A stretch of DNA of 64,000 nt from Candidatus Bathyarchaeota archaeon (GCA_963806535.1 CAWDYC010000007.1:128001-192000), one strand, 5' to 3'. Shown: positions 9,805-20,713, counted from the first letter of the stretch. Notes: generated by a model from the sequence alone, not told the origin. Made by a program: numbers and translations.

Positions 9805-10608
9805 TTGAATGATACGAAACCAGTAATCCTAAAAATTGGCGGCTCAGCCATCACCGACAAAGCAGAACAATTAGCTGCAAAAACTGAAATCATAAACCGC
9901 TTAGCGGAAGAAATCAAGCGGGCAGATCTTGATAACTTGATTATTGTTCATGGAGGAGGCAGTTTTGGCCACCCGACAGCGGCAAAATATAGCATAAAAG
10001 AAGGGTACAAAGAAGATCCAACACAAAAACTAGGTTTTGCTGAAACTCACCATGTCATGACTGTCCTGAATGGCTTAGTTATGGATGCTCTTATTTGGCA
10101 TGAAGTTGCAGCACTTAGCATTGCACCCGAATGTTGTATTATGACTGATAACGGTAAGATAAAATATTTTGATGAAACCGTGTTTAATGCGATGCAGAAA
10201 ATGATGTTTACACCAGTTATGTATGGCGATGCAGTTTTGGACGATAAATTAGGCTTCACAATTCTCTCCGGTGACCAGTTGGTTGCTTATTTGGCAATCA
10301 AATATAAGGCCTCAAAAATTGTACTTGGCGTTGATACAGACGGATTATTTGATTGTGACCCGAAAACAAATCCCGATGCAAAACCCTACAAGCACTTAAC
10401 TTTGACGGAGCTAAAACAAATTCAGCCTAAAATCGTCAAAGCAGCAGGTACAGACGTTACCGGCGGCATGGCAGGTAAAATCTCTGAACTTATCCCAGCC
10501 ATAGAACAAGGGGTACGAGTTACGATTACTGGAGCAACAAAAGGATTATCGATTTACAGGGCGTTAACGGACCAAAGTGTCTTAGGCACTGAAATTGAGA
10601 AGGCCTAA
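9805..10608 (+). CDS. ipk: Isopentenyl phosphate kinase
   Basis: LKIGGSAITDK, VHGGGSFGH, SGD, DVTGGM. Confidence 0.93.
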   Translation: MNDTKPVILKIGGSAITDKAEQLAAKTEIINRLAEEIKRADLDNLIIVHGGGSFGHPTAAKYSIKEGYKEDPTQKLGFAETHHVMTVLNGLVMDALIWHEVAALSIAPECCIMTDNGKIKYFDETVFNAMQKMMFTPVMYGDAVLDDKLGFTILSGDQLVAYLAIKYKASKIVLGVDTDGLFDCDPKTNPDAKPYKHLTLTELKQIQPKIVKAAGTDVTGGMAGKISELIPAIEQGVRVTITGATKGLSIYRALTDQSVLGTEIEKA

Positions 10609-10609
10609 G

Positions 10610-11707
10610 ATGACGGAGACAACGGGCAAACGCAAAGCAGATCACATAAGGATTTGCTTAGAAAAAAAAGCGCAAGCCCGAAAAGCAACCGCGGGCTTTG
10701 AGGACATCCAACTAGTCCACCGATCCCTGCCAGAGGTCAATAAAGAAAAGATCGACTTATCCACCTCTTTCTTGGGCAAGAAGTTCTCAGCTCCTTTAAT
10801 TGTTGGCGCTATGACAGGTGGAACAGAGGAAGCCACAAAAATAAACGCTTCAATCGCCGAAGCTATTGAAAACCTCCATCTGGGAATGGGCGTGGGAAGC
10901 CAAAGAGTAGCTATTGAGGATAAGAAACTCGAAAAAACGTTTTCGGTTGCTCGCAAAAAAGCGCCCACTGCCTTCTTAATCGCCAACATTGGCGGCGCAC
11001 AACTTGTCCGTGGATACGGCTTAAAAGAAATCAAAAAAGCCATCGAAATGATTGATGCAGATGCATTGGCGGTTCACTTGAATGCTGTGCAGGAAACCCT
11101 TCAGCCTGAAGGACAAACCAACTTCAAAGGCGTTTTGGCTAAAATAGGTGAAATCGCAGGCAAACTTGACAAGCCCGTCATTGTTAAAGAAACTGGTTGC
11201 GGTATTTCGGGGGAAGACGCAAAATCGCTTGAAGATGCGGGCGTAAAAGCCATCGACATCGGAGGCGTAGGCGGCACAAGTTTCGCAGCAGTAGAATTTT
11301 ACCGTAGTAGCCAAAAAGGGATGGGTGAACTTTTCTGGGATTGGGGCATCCCGACAATAGTAAGCCTAATTGAAGCGACGCAAACAATAAAGATTCCAGT
11401 TATTGCGTCTGGCGGAGTGCGAAACGGGTTAGACATCGCTAAATCGTTAGCATTAAACGCGAAGTTAGCCAGTGTTAGTCAGCCTGTGCTAGAAGTTGCA
11501 GTCAAAGGAACAAAAGAAACAGAGACTTTACTTTCCAGTTTGATAGCCGAATTGCAAAATGTTATGTTTCTTGTGGGCGCTGAGAACCTTGAAGCATTAG
11601 CTAAAGTGCCTTTGGTCATCGGTGGAAAAACTTCAGATTGGCTCAACATCCGAGATTATGACACGGTCAGTTATGCGCAGAGGAGCACAGTTGCATTTGA
11701 ATATTGA
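10610..11707 (+). CDS. fni: Type 2 isopentenyl-diphosphate isomerase
   Basis: RKADHI, AMTGG, GVGSQR, HLN..QE..QPEG, VKETGCG, GGTSFA. Confidence 0.95.
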   Translation: MTETTGKRKADHIRICLEKKAQARKATAGFEDIQLVHRSLPEVNKEKIDLSTSFLGKKFSAPLIVGAMTGGTEEATKINASIAEAIENLHLGMGVGSQRVAIEDKKLEKTFSVARKKAPTAFLIANIGGAQLVRGYGLKEIKKAIEMIDADALAVHLNAVQETLQPEGQTNFKGVLAKIGEIAGKLDKPVIVKETGCGISGEDAKSLEDAGVKAIDIGGVGGTSFAAVEFYRSSQKGMGELFWDWGIPTIVSLIEATQTIKIPVIASGGVRNGLDIAKSLALNAKLASVSQPVLEVAVKGTKETETLLSSLIAELQNVMFLVGAENLEALAKVPLVIGGKTSDWLNIRDYDTVSYAQRSTVAFEY

Positions 11708-12767
11708 AAAGTTTCTAGAGGAAAAAGCTCCTCTAATCGACAAGGCAATTGAAAAGTATATTCCCCGAAAATTCAGCAAAAACTCAGTTCTCTTCAAAGT
11801 AAATCCGCCAATGTACAGCTACAATCTAGAACCCCTCAACAAAGCAATTTCAGAACCAATTTGGGATATGTTGGACCGAGGCGGAAAAAGATGGCGACCA
11901 GCCCTATTTCTACTAATATGTGAAGCCCTCGGAAAAAAAGCTGATTACTGCTTAGATTTCTCCATCATCCCCGAGGTCATTCACAACGGCACACTAGTCA
12001 TTGACGACATAGAAGACTCCTCCGAACTACGCCGAGGCAAACCATGTACTTACAAGATTTTCCAAATGGACATTGCCGTTAATGCAGGAAACGCCATGTA
12101 CTATCTACCGCTCCTTCCAATAATGGCGCAAAGGGCAGAACTTACACCTGAAGTGCAGCGTGATGTGTACGAAGTCTACATTCAGGAAATGATTAACCTC
12201 AGCATGGGGCAAGCTATGGATATTGCTTGGCACAGAGATCTTGCAAACGCAGATGAATTAAGCGAAGATGATTACCTACAGATGTGCGCTTACAAAACAG
12301 GTACTCTTGCTCGAATGGCAGCGAAAATGGCAGCAGTTCTGTCAGGTGCAGATATGTTTTTGGTGGAGAAGCTGGGGCATTTTGCCGAAAGTATTGGTGT
12401 TGCCTTTCAAATGCAAGACGACATTTTGGATCTAATTGGAGAAGAGTTTGCAAAGAAGAAGGGCGGTGTCGGGCAAGATATTACTGAAGGCAAAAGAAGC
12501 TTATTGGTTATTTACACATTGGAAAAAGCCAATAAGGCTGACAGAAAACGGCTAATTGAAATTTTGAATATGCACACTTCAAACCAAGCTTTTCGCGACG
12601 AAGCAATATCATTAATACAAAAATACGGTGCCTTTGAACGCGTTAAACGTACTGCTGAAAGGATGGTTGCTGAAAGCTGGAAAGAAGCTGAAAAGCTTCT
12701 GCCAACGCCTGAAGCTAAGGAAAAATTAAAAGAGTTCGCTGAATTCTTGATTAAAAGAAACAAATAG
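11691..12767 (+). CDS. idsA: Polyprenyl (geranylgeranyl) diphosphate synthase
   Basis: GGKRWRP, DDIEDSSELRRG, KTG, FQMQDDILD. Confidence 0.92.
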   Translation: MHLNIEKFLEEKAPLIDKAIEKYIPRKFSKNSVLFKVNPPMYSYNLEPLNKAISEPIWDMLDRGGKRWRPALFLLICEALGKKADYCLDFSIIPEVIHNGTLVIDDIEDSSELRRGKPCTYKIFQMDIAVNAGNAMYYLPLLPIMAQRAELTPEVQRDVYEVYIQEMINLSMGQAMDIAWHRDLANADELSEDDYLQMCAYKTGTLARMAAKMAAVLSGADMFLVEKLGHFAESIGVAFQMQDDILDLIGEEFAKKKGGVGQDITEGKRSLLVIYTLEKANKADRKRLIEILNMHTSNQAFRDEAISLIQKYGAFERVKRTAERMVAESWKEAEKLLPTPEAKEKLKEFAEFLIKRNK

Positions 12768-12788
12768 GTTTCAGCGAGCGTAAAAGGA

Positions 12789-14540
12789 TTGTCATTAGAA
12801 AACGATAATGAACTTAAGGAGTTTATTCGCAAAGCGGCTTTGCTTAACGCAGTTTCTCATGACGGGAAAGCCCAAGCAGGCGCCTTAGTCGGCAAGGTTC
12901 TTGGCGAAAGACAAGACCTCAGATCCAAAGTAAAAGAGCTGTCTACAATAATCAATGCTGTTGTAAACGAAGTTAACCTCCTTTCATTGGCAGAGCAGAA
13001 ATCAATTGTTGAAGAAAAATGGCCTGAAACCCAGAAGAAAGAAAAAGCTGAAGAAAAGAAGCTCCCGCCTTTGCCCTACGCAGACAAATATCCGAAAATC
13101 GTCACACGATTTTCTCCTAACCCTGATTGTGTTCTGCATTTGGGTTCCGCAAGAGCCATCCTTTTGAGCCATGAATACGCCCGCATATACAATGGCAAAT
13201 TTATTTTACGCTTCGAAGACACTGATCCTAAAATTAAGAGACCGTCTTTGGAGTTTTATGACAGCATTAGGCAGGATTTGAAGTGGCTTGGCTGCAAAGT
13301 TGATGAGGAATACATCCAAAGCGATCGCCTTCCAATCTATTATGAATATACTGAGCGGCTGGTCCAAGAAGGCCATGCGTATGTTTGCGAGTGCCCTACT
13401 GAAGAGTTCCGCAAGAAAATCTTAGCCAAAGAACCCTGCCCATGCCGAGTTTTGCCTGCTGCAGAGAATTTGGAGCGTTGGCACCGCATGTTAAACGGCG
13501 ACTATACAGAAGGTCAAGCTGTGGTCCGTGTTAAAACCGACCTTGAAAATCCTAATCCTGCAGTTCGAGATTGGCCAGCCTTAAGAGTTATCGACACAAA
13601 AAAGTATCCGCATCCACGGGTTGGAAGCAAATACATTGTTTGGCCACTCTACAATTTAGCAGCGGGGTTAGATGACCATTTGATGGGTATGACTCACATC
13701 ATCCGAGGTAAAGAGCACTACACTAACATGGTTCGGCAAAAATACATGTATGAATATTTTGGCTGGAAATATCCTGAAGCCATTCACTATGGAAGACTCA
13801 AAATTACAGGCGCGTTCTTGAGCAAATCAAAGATTGTTCAAGGAATAAAGGAAGGCTGCTATGCAGGATTTGATGATCCACGGCTTGGCACATTCGCAGC
13901 TCTAAGAAAGCGAGGTATAACTCCTGAAGCTATCAAAAAAATGATTATTGACGTAGGCATAAAATCTAATGATGTAACATTAAGCTGGGAGAACCTGTTT
14001 TCTTACAACCGCAAAATCCTCGACGCCACTAGCAACAGGTACTTCTTTGTTTCAGAGCCAATTAAACTTAAAGTCCTGCATGTACCAAAGACTTTCAACT
14101 CCAAGCTTCCGTTGCACCCAGACAAACCTGAATGGGGCTTCAGGGAATACACGGTAGCACCTGAAGGAGATGAAAAATCCGTGCTTTTCTGGATTTCCAA
14201 AAAGGATGCTGACGCAATTGAAAACGGCAAAATAATCAGGCTTATGGAACTCTTCAACATCAAAATTGAAAGTAAAACGGGCAATTCAGTAGCCGCAACA
14301 TTTGCAAGTGAATTCTATGAAGACGTAAGAAAAATTAAAGTTCAGCTTATTCAATGGATTCCAAAAGGCGAGGAATTTCCATGCCAAGTGGTTATGCCTG
14401 ATGCTTCAGTAACTGAAGGTTTTGCTGAAAGTGCTTGCAAAAAGTTAAAGCCAGACGCTATTATACAGTTTGAACGCTTCGGATTCACAAGAATAGACGA
14501 AGTAAACCAAAAAATAATAGCCTATTACGCTCATAAATAA
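12789..14540 (+). CDS. gltX: Glutamate--tRNA ligase
   Basis: RFSPNP..HLGS, LRFEDTDP, THIIRGKEH, LSKS, QFERFGF. Confidence 0.96.
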   Translation: MSLENDNELKEFIRKAALLNAVSHDGKAQAGALVGKVLGERQDLRSKVKELSTIINAVVNEVNLLSLAEQKSIVEEKWPETQKKEKAEEKKLPPLPYADKYPKIVTRFSPNPDCVLHLGSARAILLSHEYARIYNGKFILRFEDTDPKIKRPSLEFYDSIRQDLKWLGCKVDEEYIQSDRLPIYYEYTERLVQEGHAYVCECPTEEFRKKILAKEPCPCRVLPAAENLERWHRMLNGDYTEGQAVVRVKTDLENPNPAVRDWPALRVIDTKKYPHPRVGSKYIVWPLYNLAAGLDDHLMGMTHIIRGKEHYTNMVRQKYMYEYFGWKYPEAIHYGRLKITGAFLSKSKIVQGIKEGCYAGFDDPRLGTFAALRKRGITPEAIKKMIIDVGIKSNDVTLSWENLFSYNRKILDATSNRYFFVSEPIKLKVLHVPKTFNSKLPLHPDKPEWGFREYTVAPEGDEKSVLFWISKKDADAIENGKIIRLMELFNIKIESKTGNSVAATFASEFYEDVRKIKVQLIQWIPKGEEFPCQVVMPDASVTEGFAESACKKLKPDAIIQFERFGFTRIDEVNQKIIAYYAHK

Positions 14541-14554
14541 ATGGTGTAACTGAC

Positions 14555-14857
14555 ATGAGAAAACTAGATAAAGCGATAATTTGGCCAATCTACTTTGACA
14601 CTTCAAAAACCCGAAAGGAAGGCCGCAGGGTACCAAAAAATTTGGCAGTGCAATCGCCAAAAATCGTTGAACTCAAAGAAGCAACCGACAAAATAGGTTT
14701 AAAAAATGAGATAAAACTTGAAGCACATTTTCCCAAAACTCATTGGGCTAAGACGGGCATGTTGCTTGTTGAGAAGAAAGAAGCAAAAGAGAAGATTATT
14801 CAGAAGATAGCAAAACAATTAGTGAGAATTAAAAATCAGCAACAGCAAACAAGGTAG
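14555..14857 (+). CDS. srp19: Signal recognition particle protein SRP19
   Basis: IIWPIYFD..KTRKEGRRVP motif. Confidence 0.93.
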   Translation: MRKLDKAIIWPIYFDTSKTRKEGRRVPKNLAVQSPKIVELKEATDKIGLKNEIKLEAHFPKTHWAKTGMLLVEKKEAKEKIIQKIAKQLVRIKNQQQQTR

Positions 14858-14869
14858 TAAAGAAAATTT

Positions 14870-15265
14870 TTATGCTTTTTCTTTGCCTGCAATCAAGACT
14901 GCGTTGATTACGCCGTCCTTGCCTGGGCGACTGGTAACTTTTGCCTGACCTAGTGCGGTTTCGATTTCTGCGCCTTTAGTAATCACGCCTCTTCTGTTGA
15001 AGTCAACGTTTGCGCCGTTTTTCACAACATTTGTAATCTCAGTTTTCGTTGTCTTACCAGTTTTAGGGTCAGTAACAGAAGCGAATTTGTCAGTTAAAAC
15101 TTTGACTTTAGTGTTGCCGCCTAAGCCTCTTGTACTTTTTCTTTTTGGTTCGCCAAGAACGGTTTCTGCTGCATATCCACCAGTTTCATATTTTTTCTTT
15201 GATCTGTAAGCTCTTTTTTTGCCGCCTGAGAGTTTTCTTTTGTATATACTGCTATGGAAAGCCAT
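14870..15265 (-). CDS. rps8e: 30S ribosomal protein eS8
   Basis: RKLSGGK, RGLGGN, ITKGA, VTSRPGKDG. Confidence 0.96.
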   Translation of the reverse strand: MAFHSSIYKRKLSGGKKRAYRSKKKYETGGYAAETVLGEPKRKSTRGLGGNTKVKVLTDKFASVTDPKTGKTTKTEITNVVKNGANVDFNRRGVITKGAEIETALGQAKVTSRPGKDGVINAVLIAGKEKA

Positions 15266-15379
15266 ATTTTACATTTCCTTTTATATTATTATCTAATTCG
15301 AGAGTCACTAAAACGGTTAATTTCCATATAAACGTATCCGTTTTAAAGATAGAGCTTCTTGGCCAAGAAATGTTCCTTA

Positions 15380-15979
15380 TTACTTTTCTAGTTCGTCTTT
15401 TAAGGCTTCACCAAAAATCTTCTTCAGGTTTTTCTTCATCTCAGTTATATCATTCGGTAAGCCGAAATAGTCAGCAAAGTCACTAGTGGTTTTCAACGCC
15501 ATTGAACGTCCGCTTTTTTCCGCCTGAATTAAACGCCTTTCCTTTAACTCCTTTATATGGCCATATGCGTGTTGACCCCTAACGTCAATTACCCTTTTTT
15601 GGGAAATTGGCTGCCTGAGGGCAATGTAAGAAAGCGTTTTTAATGGTCCAGAAGACAGTAATGGGCGATTCACGAGTTTTTGGATTAAATGAGTATATTC
15701 TGCCTTAACCTGAAGTACATAGCGTTCATCTTTTAGGGCTAATATTTCCAACGATGTATTTCTTGCATTATATTCTTGAATTAGCGTTTCAGCGTACTTC
15801 ATCGCTTTCTTTTTTGAGCGGCTACCGATGACTTGGCACAATTCGTTAACATCCAGGGGGCGACCGGCAACAAATAATGCGGCTTCCATAAGAGCAATGC
15901 AATGGGCTCTTCGCTGAATATCCTGCGCTTGCTCCGCTTCAGCGCTTAAATCAACTGGTTGTTCCTTGGGCTTTTCCAA
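15380..15979 (-). CDS. scpB: SMC-Scp complex subunit ScpB
   Basis: EAALFVAGRPL, TLSYIALRQPI, TTSDFADYFGL. Confidence 0.93.
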   Translation of the reverse strand: MEKPKEQPVDLSAEAEQAQDIQRRAHCIALMEAALFVAGRPLDVNELCQVIGSRSKKKAMKYAETLIQEYNARNTSLEILALKDERYVLQVKAEYTHLIQKLVNRPLLSSGPLKTLSYIALRQPISQKRVIDVRGQHAYGHIKELKERRLIQAEKSGRSMALKTTSDFADYFGLPNDITEMKKNLKKIFGEALKDELEK

Positions 15980-16667
15980 CGTTTAGTTTCCCCACAGCAA
16001 TGTATAATTCTTCAGTTTCTTCATTCTGCCACAGACTTACCATACCATCCTGGGCTAAAAACAAGAGATAAATAAACATCCTTAACGCTTCAATTCGAGT
16101 CGAACCTTTGGTAAGGGTTGAAAAATCGATTATTCCTGATCCTTTTACTTTTTCGCACAACGTCGCATATAGCTGATCAACCTGCATTTCTATTTCAGCG
16201 ACAAATCTGTCAAATTGTGGCAGAAGATCTGTAACTGAGGGAAGCACAGGATGCTGCTCAATAGTATGGTTTAGATGAAGCAATTTTTCGCCTTTTAAAA
16301 CGTCGTCTAGTACTTCTAGAAGATGCTGAATGGTTGTTGAAGTTAATTCGTGTCGAAGCGGCAGGAACAAAGGTGGTGGTACAAAATCCATTGGGCCCTT
16401 AGGGGGCAAAGCAGGCGGCTCTTGCAAAGTAAGCAGGAGTTTAGATTTCATCAGGTAAATTAGAGCTGAAGAATCCAAGGCTACACCTGAAGCGCGGAAA
16501 TCTACATTTTCCGTTCGCTCCATCTCCGACAGAAAAGATCGCAAAAGATAAGCAATGTTAACGCTCCAAGGAGTAAGCTTCTCAAGTTTGCTGATTTCAA
16601 AAAGGATGTTCCAAGGTGGGCGAAGGTAGAAGGGTCTTCTGAGTGGCGCCGTAGGAGATGAGGCCAT
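15951..16667 (-). CDS. scpA: Kleisin ScpA
   Basis: PWSVNI, SGVALDSSALIYLMKS, C-terminal FIYLLFLA..WQ; lies between smc and scpB. Confidence 0.88.
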   Translation of the reverse strand: MASSPTAPLRRPFYLRPPWNILFEISKLEKLTPWSVNIAYLLRSFLSEMERTENVDFRASGVALDSSALIYLMKSKLLLTLQEPPALPPKGPMDFVPPPLFLPLRHELTSTTIQHLLEVLDDVLKGEKLLHLNHTIEQHPVLPSVTDLLPQFDRFVAEIEMQVDQLYATLCEKVKGSGIIDFSTLTKGSTRIEALRMFIYLLFLAQDGMVSLWQNEETEELYIAVGKLNVGKAQGTTS

Positions 16668-19600
16668 TTAAGTGGGGGCCTCCGGCGGGAATTTTGCTGT
16701 TACAACATTGGAGACTCCGTTGCGTTCATAGACGCCGTAGACTTTTTGTGCTTTGTTAACCATTTCAGGGCGCAAGCTGATTACAACGAACTGCATTTTT
16801 GCTGCTTCCTCAAGAAGAACTTCAGCAAGTTTTGTCGTGTGGTAGGCATCTAAGTGTGCATCAACCTCGTCGAGAATATAGAAAGATGCTGGGGTGAACT
16901 CTTTTAGTGAGAAAATGAAGCTGACAGCTGATACGGATCGTTCGCCACCGCTTGCCCCGCTAACGACAATTGAGGGTTTGTTTGGAAATTGAACAAGCAT
17001 GTCTATGCCGCCTGAGAAGGGTTCTTCTGGGTTTTCAAGCTTAAGTGTCGCTTCTCCCCCCCCGGTAAGTTTGGAAAAGTAATTTTTGAGGCCGATATTG
17101 ATTTTATCGAAGGCAGTCATGAAAACCTTGCGTTTTTTGGCTTCAATCTCATCCATGAACTGTACAATGGCTTGTTTTTCTCTCTCCAACTCGTTTAATC
17201 GCACCGATAATTCTCTGTACCTAGATATTTGGTCTGAATAGTGTGAAAGCGCAAGTTGGTTTATAGCGCCGATTCTTTCCATTTCAAACTGCATCATACG
17301 GATGGTTGTTTCAGCATCTTCAACCTGTTTCTGATTTGTTTCTAAGGGTTGTTCATAACCGAATTGTCGAAGTTGGAATTGTTGTTGCTGAAGACGTAGT
17401 TGGGTTGTTTCCATATTTAATTGAAGCTGGTTTAGCAACCTCTCTGCCTGTTCATACTCTGAATCAAGCGTCCGCAACTCACCATCAATCGAGTCTATTT
17501 GTGAAGTGAATTTTTTGGATTCTTCACGAGCAGAAAACACCGCTTTTGAAAGTTCAACACGGCTTTTGTCTAGCTCTTCAAGCTCTTTCTTTATGGTCTC
17601 ACGTTCTTGAATTGCCTCAGCAACTTCTTTCTCGATTTTTCTTTGTTGCTGTTCAACCTTAACTATTTGCAATTTGATGTTCCGATAGCCATTTCTCAGA
17701 ACTCGATCAAACTGCGATTGATAAGTTGAAATTTCCGTTTGTGTAGATCCCGACTTCTGACGAAGATTGTTTAATTCTTCACCAAGTTTTTCCCGTTGAA
17801 CTTCAAGCGCTTGAATGTTGACCACATCAGTTTTCAACCTCAAATTAACTATATCAGCACGTAATTTTTGGTCGTCTCTTCGCATTGAATTACGTTCGTT
17901 CTTATACATGCTCATTCGGCCTTTGTAAGCAGCTCCTTCACGCTCAAGTTTGCCGCCCAATTTTTCCGTATGCCGGATGTTGAACTGCGTTCTTTTTACA
18001 CTTCTTCTAATCCTAACTATTTCCCTATCTAAAGTTGCAATTGAATCCGAAAGGCGGGTGATTTCGATTTTGCTTCGCTCAATCTCTTCCTCAATACCAA
18101 CAATATCGGTTCCTCTCGTAGTAAGATGAATCTGGAGCGCTTTAACTGCTTCATCTAAACTTTTTAATGCATTTTCGCTTGGAATAATTGTTGAGAAATC
18201 TATTGGAGCACGATAATAGCCACCTTCAAAAGCGCCTGGCTCATACAAATCGCCATAAGTTGTAACTGCTCGGTAACCATCATTTGCAAGAGCGAAACCC
18301 GTTCTATCATCTGAAACAACTATCGTGTCTCCAAAAACGTAGTTCACCGCCAAAGCAAAGTTGCTATCAAACTTCATGAAGCTTGACAGAGCACCTATAA
18401 CGCCTTCTCGGTTGGGTGTTGGCTTACTTTTTATGTTGATGGCGCCTTGTAAGGGGATTATTTTGATTCTTCCTAGTTTCATTTTCCTAAGGGTCTCGGT
18501 GCATGTAAAGGCTGTATCAGTGGTTGCTACAACTAAAGCATCAAGCCAACCAATTGCCGCCGCTTCCACGGCTTTCTTATAGTTCTTGTCGATTTTTATT
18601 AATTCCCGCAATCTACCGTGAATCCCTACAATTGCGCCGACGTTACCCATTTCCTCAATGCTTCTAAGCGCCTTTTCTTCAGCCGCTATAGTTGCAGCAA
18701 GGTCCCGTTGAGTGGCAAATTCTATAACTGCATCTTTGGCTGAACTGGCTATTTTTTCTGCGTCAGTTATTTCTTTTTCAACTGTTTCTTTCTGGATTTT
18801 TTTGTGTTCGATTATGTGTTCCAAGTTTTTAAACTGGTTTCTTTGGTCTTTTTGAACCTGCTCGAGTTCCGCCAGCGACTTTTCAATTTCACCAAGGCTT
18901 GTTTGGAATTTTTCTTTTCTCACACTTAAGTTTTTGAGTCGACCTGTACAAACTCGAAGAGCTGCTTTATCTTTTGTGTATTCTGAACGTAAATAGGCAA
19001 GACGTTTCACATGGTTTTCAATTTCAGCTTGCTTAACGTGTATTTCTTGGTTATTGTTATCAAGTCCGCCCCAAAGCTCGGCTGTTTGTTTAGCCAACGC
19101 TTCATGCTCTAATCCTTTTTGGTCGATCTGTTCTTTAATTTTGTTATATTCATTGCGGAATACTCTGATTTTTAAGCGGTTTTCCCGTATTTCCTTTCTA
19201 AGGTTTTCCTGTTGGCCAATATTGTTTTCCCTGACACGTTTCAAACTTTCAAAACTGCCTTGGCCAGAATTAATTCTTGTGGACAACTCTGTCAGTTTGG
19301 ATTTTAATTCGCCAATTGTTATTTGAACTTTGAGAACTTCTGATCCGCCTGCTTCCAAGTTTTCGCCGCTGAGTTTTCGCCATTCACCTTCAATTTCATG
19401 GCGTTTTGATCTGCGTGCGTCACGCTGTTCTTTAAGTTTGTCAACTCTGGCTTTTACTTTTTCATTTTGACCAGTTGATTCATTTATTTTACTGTTCAAT
19501 TGGGTTATGTCGCTTGAGATTTTGATGGCTTGGAACTTTTTAGTTTCGCTTTGAATGAAATTGTAACGTAAAAGTTGGTTGCGTTCACGTTCCAAATCAT

Positions 19601-20219
19601 CGAGACGTTTTTGGACTTCATCTATTCTACCCATAGCTGTGCGAATTGAAATGTCAGCTGAACGAAGTTTCTCTTCGGCTTCAGCTTTTTCGGAGTCATA
19701 TTGACCTATACCTACGAGGTCTTCAATGATTCTGCGACGCTCAATAGAGTTAAGATCTGTTAACCTAGTCAAGGTGCCCTGGGGAATAATGTTTTGGCTC
19801 ATACTGCTTATTGAACTCATAGAGAGAGTTTCCGTAATGTATGCCCTTGACATTCTTCTCCCGTTTAGGCGGTAAACGCTTTGGCCATTTCTGAAAACTT
19901 CACGTGAAATAGTAACTGTCGTTGTATCAACAGGCATTGTGCCATCTGTATTATCAAATTGGATTACAACTTTTGCCATTTTGGCTTTTTCTTGCCCTGC
20001 TTTTTCAGAACCGTGAAAAATGAGTTGAGCTGCATTTTCAGCGCGCAATCTTCTTGTGCTCAATTCCCCCAGCGAAAAAAGTACTGCATCCATGATGTTG
20101 GATTTTCCGCTTCCGTTAGGTCCAGTTACTGCGGTGAAGCCTTTGTCAAGGTTTATTTTGACGGTTTGTGGCCCAAAAGACTTGAATCCCTTTAACTCGA
20201 TTTTTTTTATATAGGGCAT
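16668..20219 (-). CDS. smc: Chromosome segregation protein SMC
   Basis: GPNGSGKS Walker A, coiled coils, hinge (GRIKIIPL), SGGE, LDEVDAHLD. Confidence 0.97.
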   Translation of the reverse strand: MPYIKKIELKGFKSFGPQTVKINLDKGFTAVTGPNGSGKSNIMDAVLFSLGELSTRRLRAENAAQLIFHGSEKAGQEKAKMAKVVIQFDNTDGTMPVDTTTVTISREVFRNGQSVYRLNGRRMSRAYITETLSMSSISSMSQNIIPQGTLTRLTDLNSIERRRIIEDLVGIGQYDSEKAEAEEKLRSADISIRTAMGRIDEVQKRLDDLERERNQLLRYNFIQSETKKFQAIKISSDITQLNSKINESTGQNEKVKARVDKLKEQRDARRSKRHEIEGEWRKLSGENLEAGGSEVLKVQITIGELKSKLTELSTRINSGQGSFESLKRVRENNIGQQENLRKEIRENRLKIRVFRNEYNKIKEQIDQKGLEHEALAKQTAELWGGLDNNNQEIHVKQAEIENHVKRLAYLRSEYTKDKAALRVCTGRLKNLSVRKEKFQTSLGEIEKSLAELEQVQKDQRNQFKNLEHIIEHKKIQKETVEKEITDAEKIASSAKDAVIEFATQRDLAATIAAEEKALRSIEEMGNVGAIVGIHGRLRELIKIDKNYKKAVEAAAIGWLDALVVATTDTAFTCTETLRKMKLGRIKIIPLQGAINIKSKPTPNREGVIGALSSFMKFDSNFALAVNYVFGDTIVVSDDRTGFALANDGYRAVTTYGDLYEPGAFEGGYYRAPIDFSTIIPSENALKSLDEAVKALQIHLTTRGTDIVGIEEEIERSKIEITRLSDSIATLDREIVRIRRSVKRTQFNIRHTEKLGGKLEREGAAYKGRMSMYKNERNSMRRDDQKLRADIVNLRLKTDVVNIQALEVQREKLGEELNNLRQKSGSTQTEISTYQSQFDRVLRNGYRNIKLQIVKVEQQQRKIEKEVAEAIQERETIKKELEELDKSRVELSKAVFSAREESKKFTSQIDSIDGELRTLDSEYEQAERLLNQLQLNMETTQLRLQQQQFQLRQFGYEQPLETNQKQVEDAETTIRMMQFEMERIGAINQLALSHYSDQISRYRELSVRLNELEREKQAIVQFMDEIEAKKRKVFMTAFDKINIGLKNYFSKLTGGGEATLKLENPEEPFSGGIDMLVQFPNKPSIVVSGASGGERSVSAVSFIFSLKEFTPASFYILDEVDAHLDAYHTTKLAEVLLEEAAKMQFVVISLRPEMVNKAQKVYGVYERNGVSNVVTAKFPPEAPT

Positions 20220-20326
20220 TTAGTCTTTATCCTCACGGAAAACAGTTTATATTATTTTAACATCTCATCACCATACTTATAAAAGCTTATAGATTTGCAC
20301 CTTGGTTTGCAAGATTAATTTTGAAT

Positions 20327-20628
20327 TTGAAGGTTTTTCTTCAATTTTTGGCACTCATGATTTTGAATGGGGTTTAAATTGGGCTTGGATTTGCTAAATC
20401 TTGGAGGCGGCGGCTTTTGGTTTTTGAAGTTGTGAAGAAATCTGACGTGTTTCTGCGTTGTTTTCACGTGTTCCTGCGCATCTTTAACGTGATTTTGCGT
20501 GTTTTGACGTTTGTTTAGATTTTTGAAGAAAAAAATTTCGCTGACAGCCCAGACTTATGCCGGTTGCCTAAAAAACAATGCCTATCCAACAATAGCTATC
20601 TATAAAGTAAACTGTTTAAGACACCACA
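20327..20628. repeat. Conserved non-coding element, copy A (similar to 24645-24886)
   Basis: Collinear shared blocks TTTTTCTTCAATTTTTG, GTGAAGAAATC, AAATTTCG.TGA, and exact 17-mer CTGTTTAAGACACCACA. Confidence 0.8.
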
Positions 20629-20713
20629 AAACAAGTCACACTTGCTAGGCAGCAGTAATTCAGCGGGTAACAACTTGCAATTATTAAAAAATAGCTGAAA
20701 GCTGGAAAATCTA

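Noticed and set aside
15380-20219. SMC-ScpAB as a Wadjet/Mks defence system
   Set aside because: Canonical condensin sequence and order; no JetD/MksG nuclease adjacent
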